A stretch of DNA of 13,440 bases from UHGV virus genome UHGV-1946153. One strand, written 5' to 3'. Positions 12,105-13,440 of this stretch are shown piece after piece. The notes under the pieces were generated by a model. It made no database searches, was not told the origin of the DNA, and worked only from the letters and a program-made list of their open reading frames with translations. The stretch is from a virus. Each line of letters begins with the position of its first letter. Position 1 is the first letter of the stretch. A program made the translations under genes and the position numbers.

Positions 12105-13440
12105 TTTTTATGCGCCGCCCCATAGCATCGAGGCAGAGCAGGCGGTGATTGGTGGATTGCTTCTGGATGATGACAGCAGTGAGCGCGTCCAGAAAGTTCT
12201 GGCGATGCTGAAGCCTGATTCATTTTACAGCCGACCACACAAAATCCTTTTCGAAGAGATAACCAGAATGCACCGGGAGCAAAAGCCAGTAGATGGCCTG
12301 ACGCTTTTCGATGAACTGGAGCGTAAATCGTTAACGGCGTCTGTTGGCGGTTTTGCTTATATCGCTGAGATCGCAAAGAACACGCCAAGCGCAGCAAACA
12401 TCGTTGCCTATGCAATGCAGGTTCGTGAAACCGCAATGGAACGCTACGCCATCAACCGCATGACTGAAGCGACGGAATTGCTCTATTCCCGCAACGGAAT
12501 GACTGCAACGCAGAAGTACGAAGCTATTCAGGCGATTTTCACGCAACTGACAGACCATGCAAAAACCGGATCGCGTCGCGGCCTTCGCTCATTTGGTGAG
12601 GTCATGGAAGACTGGGTTAGCGACCTTGAGAAGCGATTTGATCCGTCAGGCGAACAACGAGGAATGAGCACAGGGATCCCATCGCTGGACAGGATGCTGT
12701 CACCGAAAGGACTGGTGAAAGGCTCTCTGTTTGTCATTGGCGCTCGCCCTAAGATGGGGAAAACGACGCTATACAGCCAGATGGCAATCAATTGCGCAGT
12801 GCATGAGAAAAAGCCCGCTCTGATGTTCAGCCTTGAAATGCCAGGTGATCAGATACTGGAAAAACTGGTAGGGCAGAAGTCTGGTGTTAACCCGAATATT
12901 TTTTACCTTCCGGCGACAAATGACGCTGATGACGGCTATCAGGGTGATTACGATGGTGACTTCAACAGGGCGATCGAAACAGCTAATCGCTTGAGTGAAA
13001 TCGACATGCTTTACATCGACGACACGCCGGGATTATCTCTGGCTCAAATCGTCAGCGAAAGCCGTCGAATCAAGCGAGAAAAAGGATGTGTTGGCATGAT
13101 TCTGGTCGATTACCTGACACTAATGACCGCTGAGAAGGCCGATCGCAACGACCTTGCTTACGGCATGATCACCAAAGGACTGAAGAACCTTGCCAAAGAG
13201 CTTGATTGCGTTGTTGTGCTTCTGACACAGCTTAACCGCGCACTGGAAAGTCGAACCAATAAACGCCCATTACCAAGTGACTCACGAGATACAGGGCAGA
13301 TTGAACAGGATTGCGATTATTGGGTGGGGATCCATCGTGAAGGTGCTTTTGATGACAGTGTTCCACCTGGTGAAACCGAACTAATCCTTCGTCTCAATCG
13401 TCATGGCAATACCGGCACGGTGTATTGCATTCAGGCAAAT
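12094..13440 (+). CDS. DnaB-family replicative helicase (P22 gene 12 type), 3'-truncated at window end
   Basis: ATG at 12094 with GAGGGTGA 5 nt upstream, overlapping the initiator stop. DnaB N-terminal motif PHSIEAEQAVIGGLLLD and Walker A GARPKMGKTT. Open to the end of the window, so absent from the ORF track. Confidence 0.92.
   Translation, partial: MTDNFYAPPHSIEAEQAVIGGLLLDDDSSERVQKVLAMLKPDSFYSRPHKILFEEITRMHREQKPVDGLTLFDELERKSLTASVGGFAYIAEIAKNTPSAANIVAYAMQVRETAMERYAINRMTEATELLYSRNGMTATQKYEAIQAIFTQLTDHAKTGSRRGLRSFGEVMEDWVSDLEKRFDPSGEQRGMSTGIPSLDRMLSPKGLVKGSLFVIGARPKMGKTTLYSQMAINCAVHEKKPALMFSLEMPGDQILEKLVGQKSGVNPNIFYLPATNDADDGYQGDYDGDFNRAIETANRLSEIDMLYIDDTPGLSLAQIVSESRRIKREKGCVGMILVDYLTLMTAEKADRNDLAYGMITKGLKNLAKELDCVVVLLTQLNRALESRTNKRPLPSDSRDTGQIEQDCDYWVGIHREGAFDDSVPPGETELILRLNRHGNTGTVYCIQAN

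Noticed and set aside
11499-12791. Track ORFs antisense to, or out of frame with, the initiator and helicase genes (11499..11684 -, 11509..11697 +, 11733..12092 -, 12065..12436 -, 12331..12558 -, 12528..12791 -)
   Set aside because: They lie entirely inside strongly supported plus-strand genes, lack ribosome-binding sites, and the two at the iterons are repeat artefacts.

Overview
This window is the early/immunity region of a lambdoid prophage (lambda/P22 mosaic), read from sequence and ORF-track translations only; no database search was possible. The minus strand carries a leftward pL-type operon: N antiterminator (9114-9413), an AT-rich two-gene accessory cassette, a recombination module (RecT plus a Gp157-like protein, no exonuclease seen), about ten small 'ea-region' genes, then xis and int, whose stop codon sits at base 1-3 so the attachment site lies outside the window. 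The immunity switch is a LexA-like autocleavable CI repressor (9728-10378) flanked by oL/pL and oR/pR/pRM regions rich in TTAA-centred palindromes. The rightward operon is cro, nutR, cII, a small ORF, an iteron-containing replication initiator and a DnaB-type helicase truncated at the window end. nutL and nutR share an identical 17-nt boxB core, and a possible OOP-like antisense RNA lies at the cII 3' end. Three N-runs (3426-3442, 7039-7048, 8152-8225) are assembly gaps. The best candidate for something undescribed is the AT-rich cassette just downstream of N (8226-9113); the paralogous gene pair at 2051-3122 is second.
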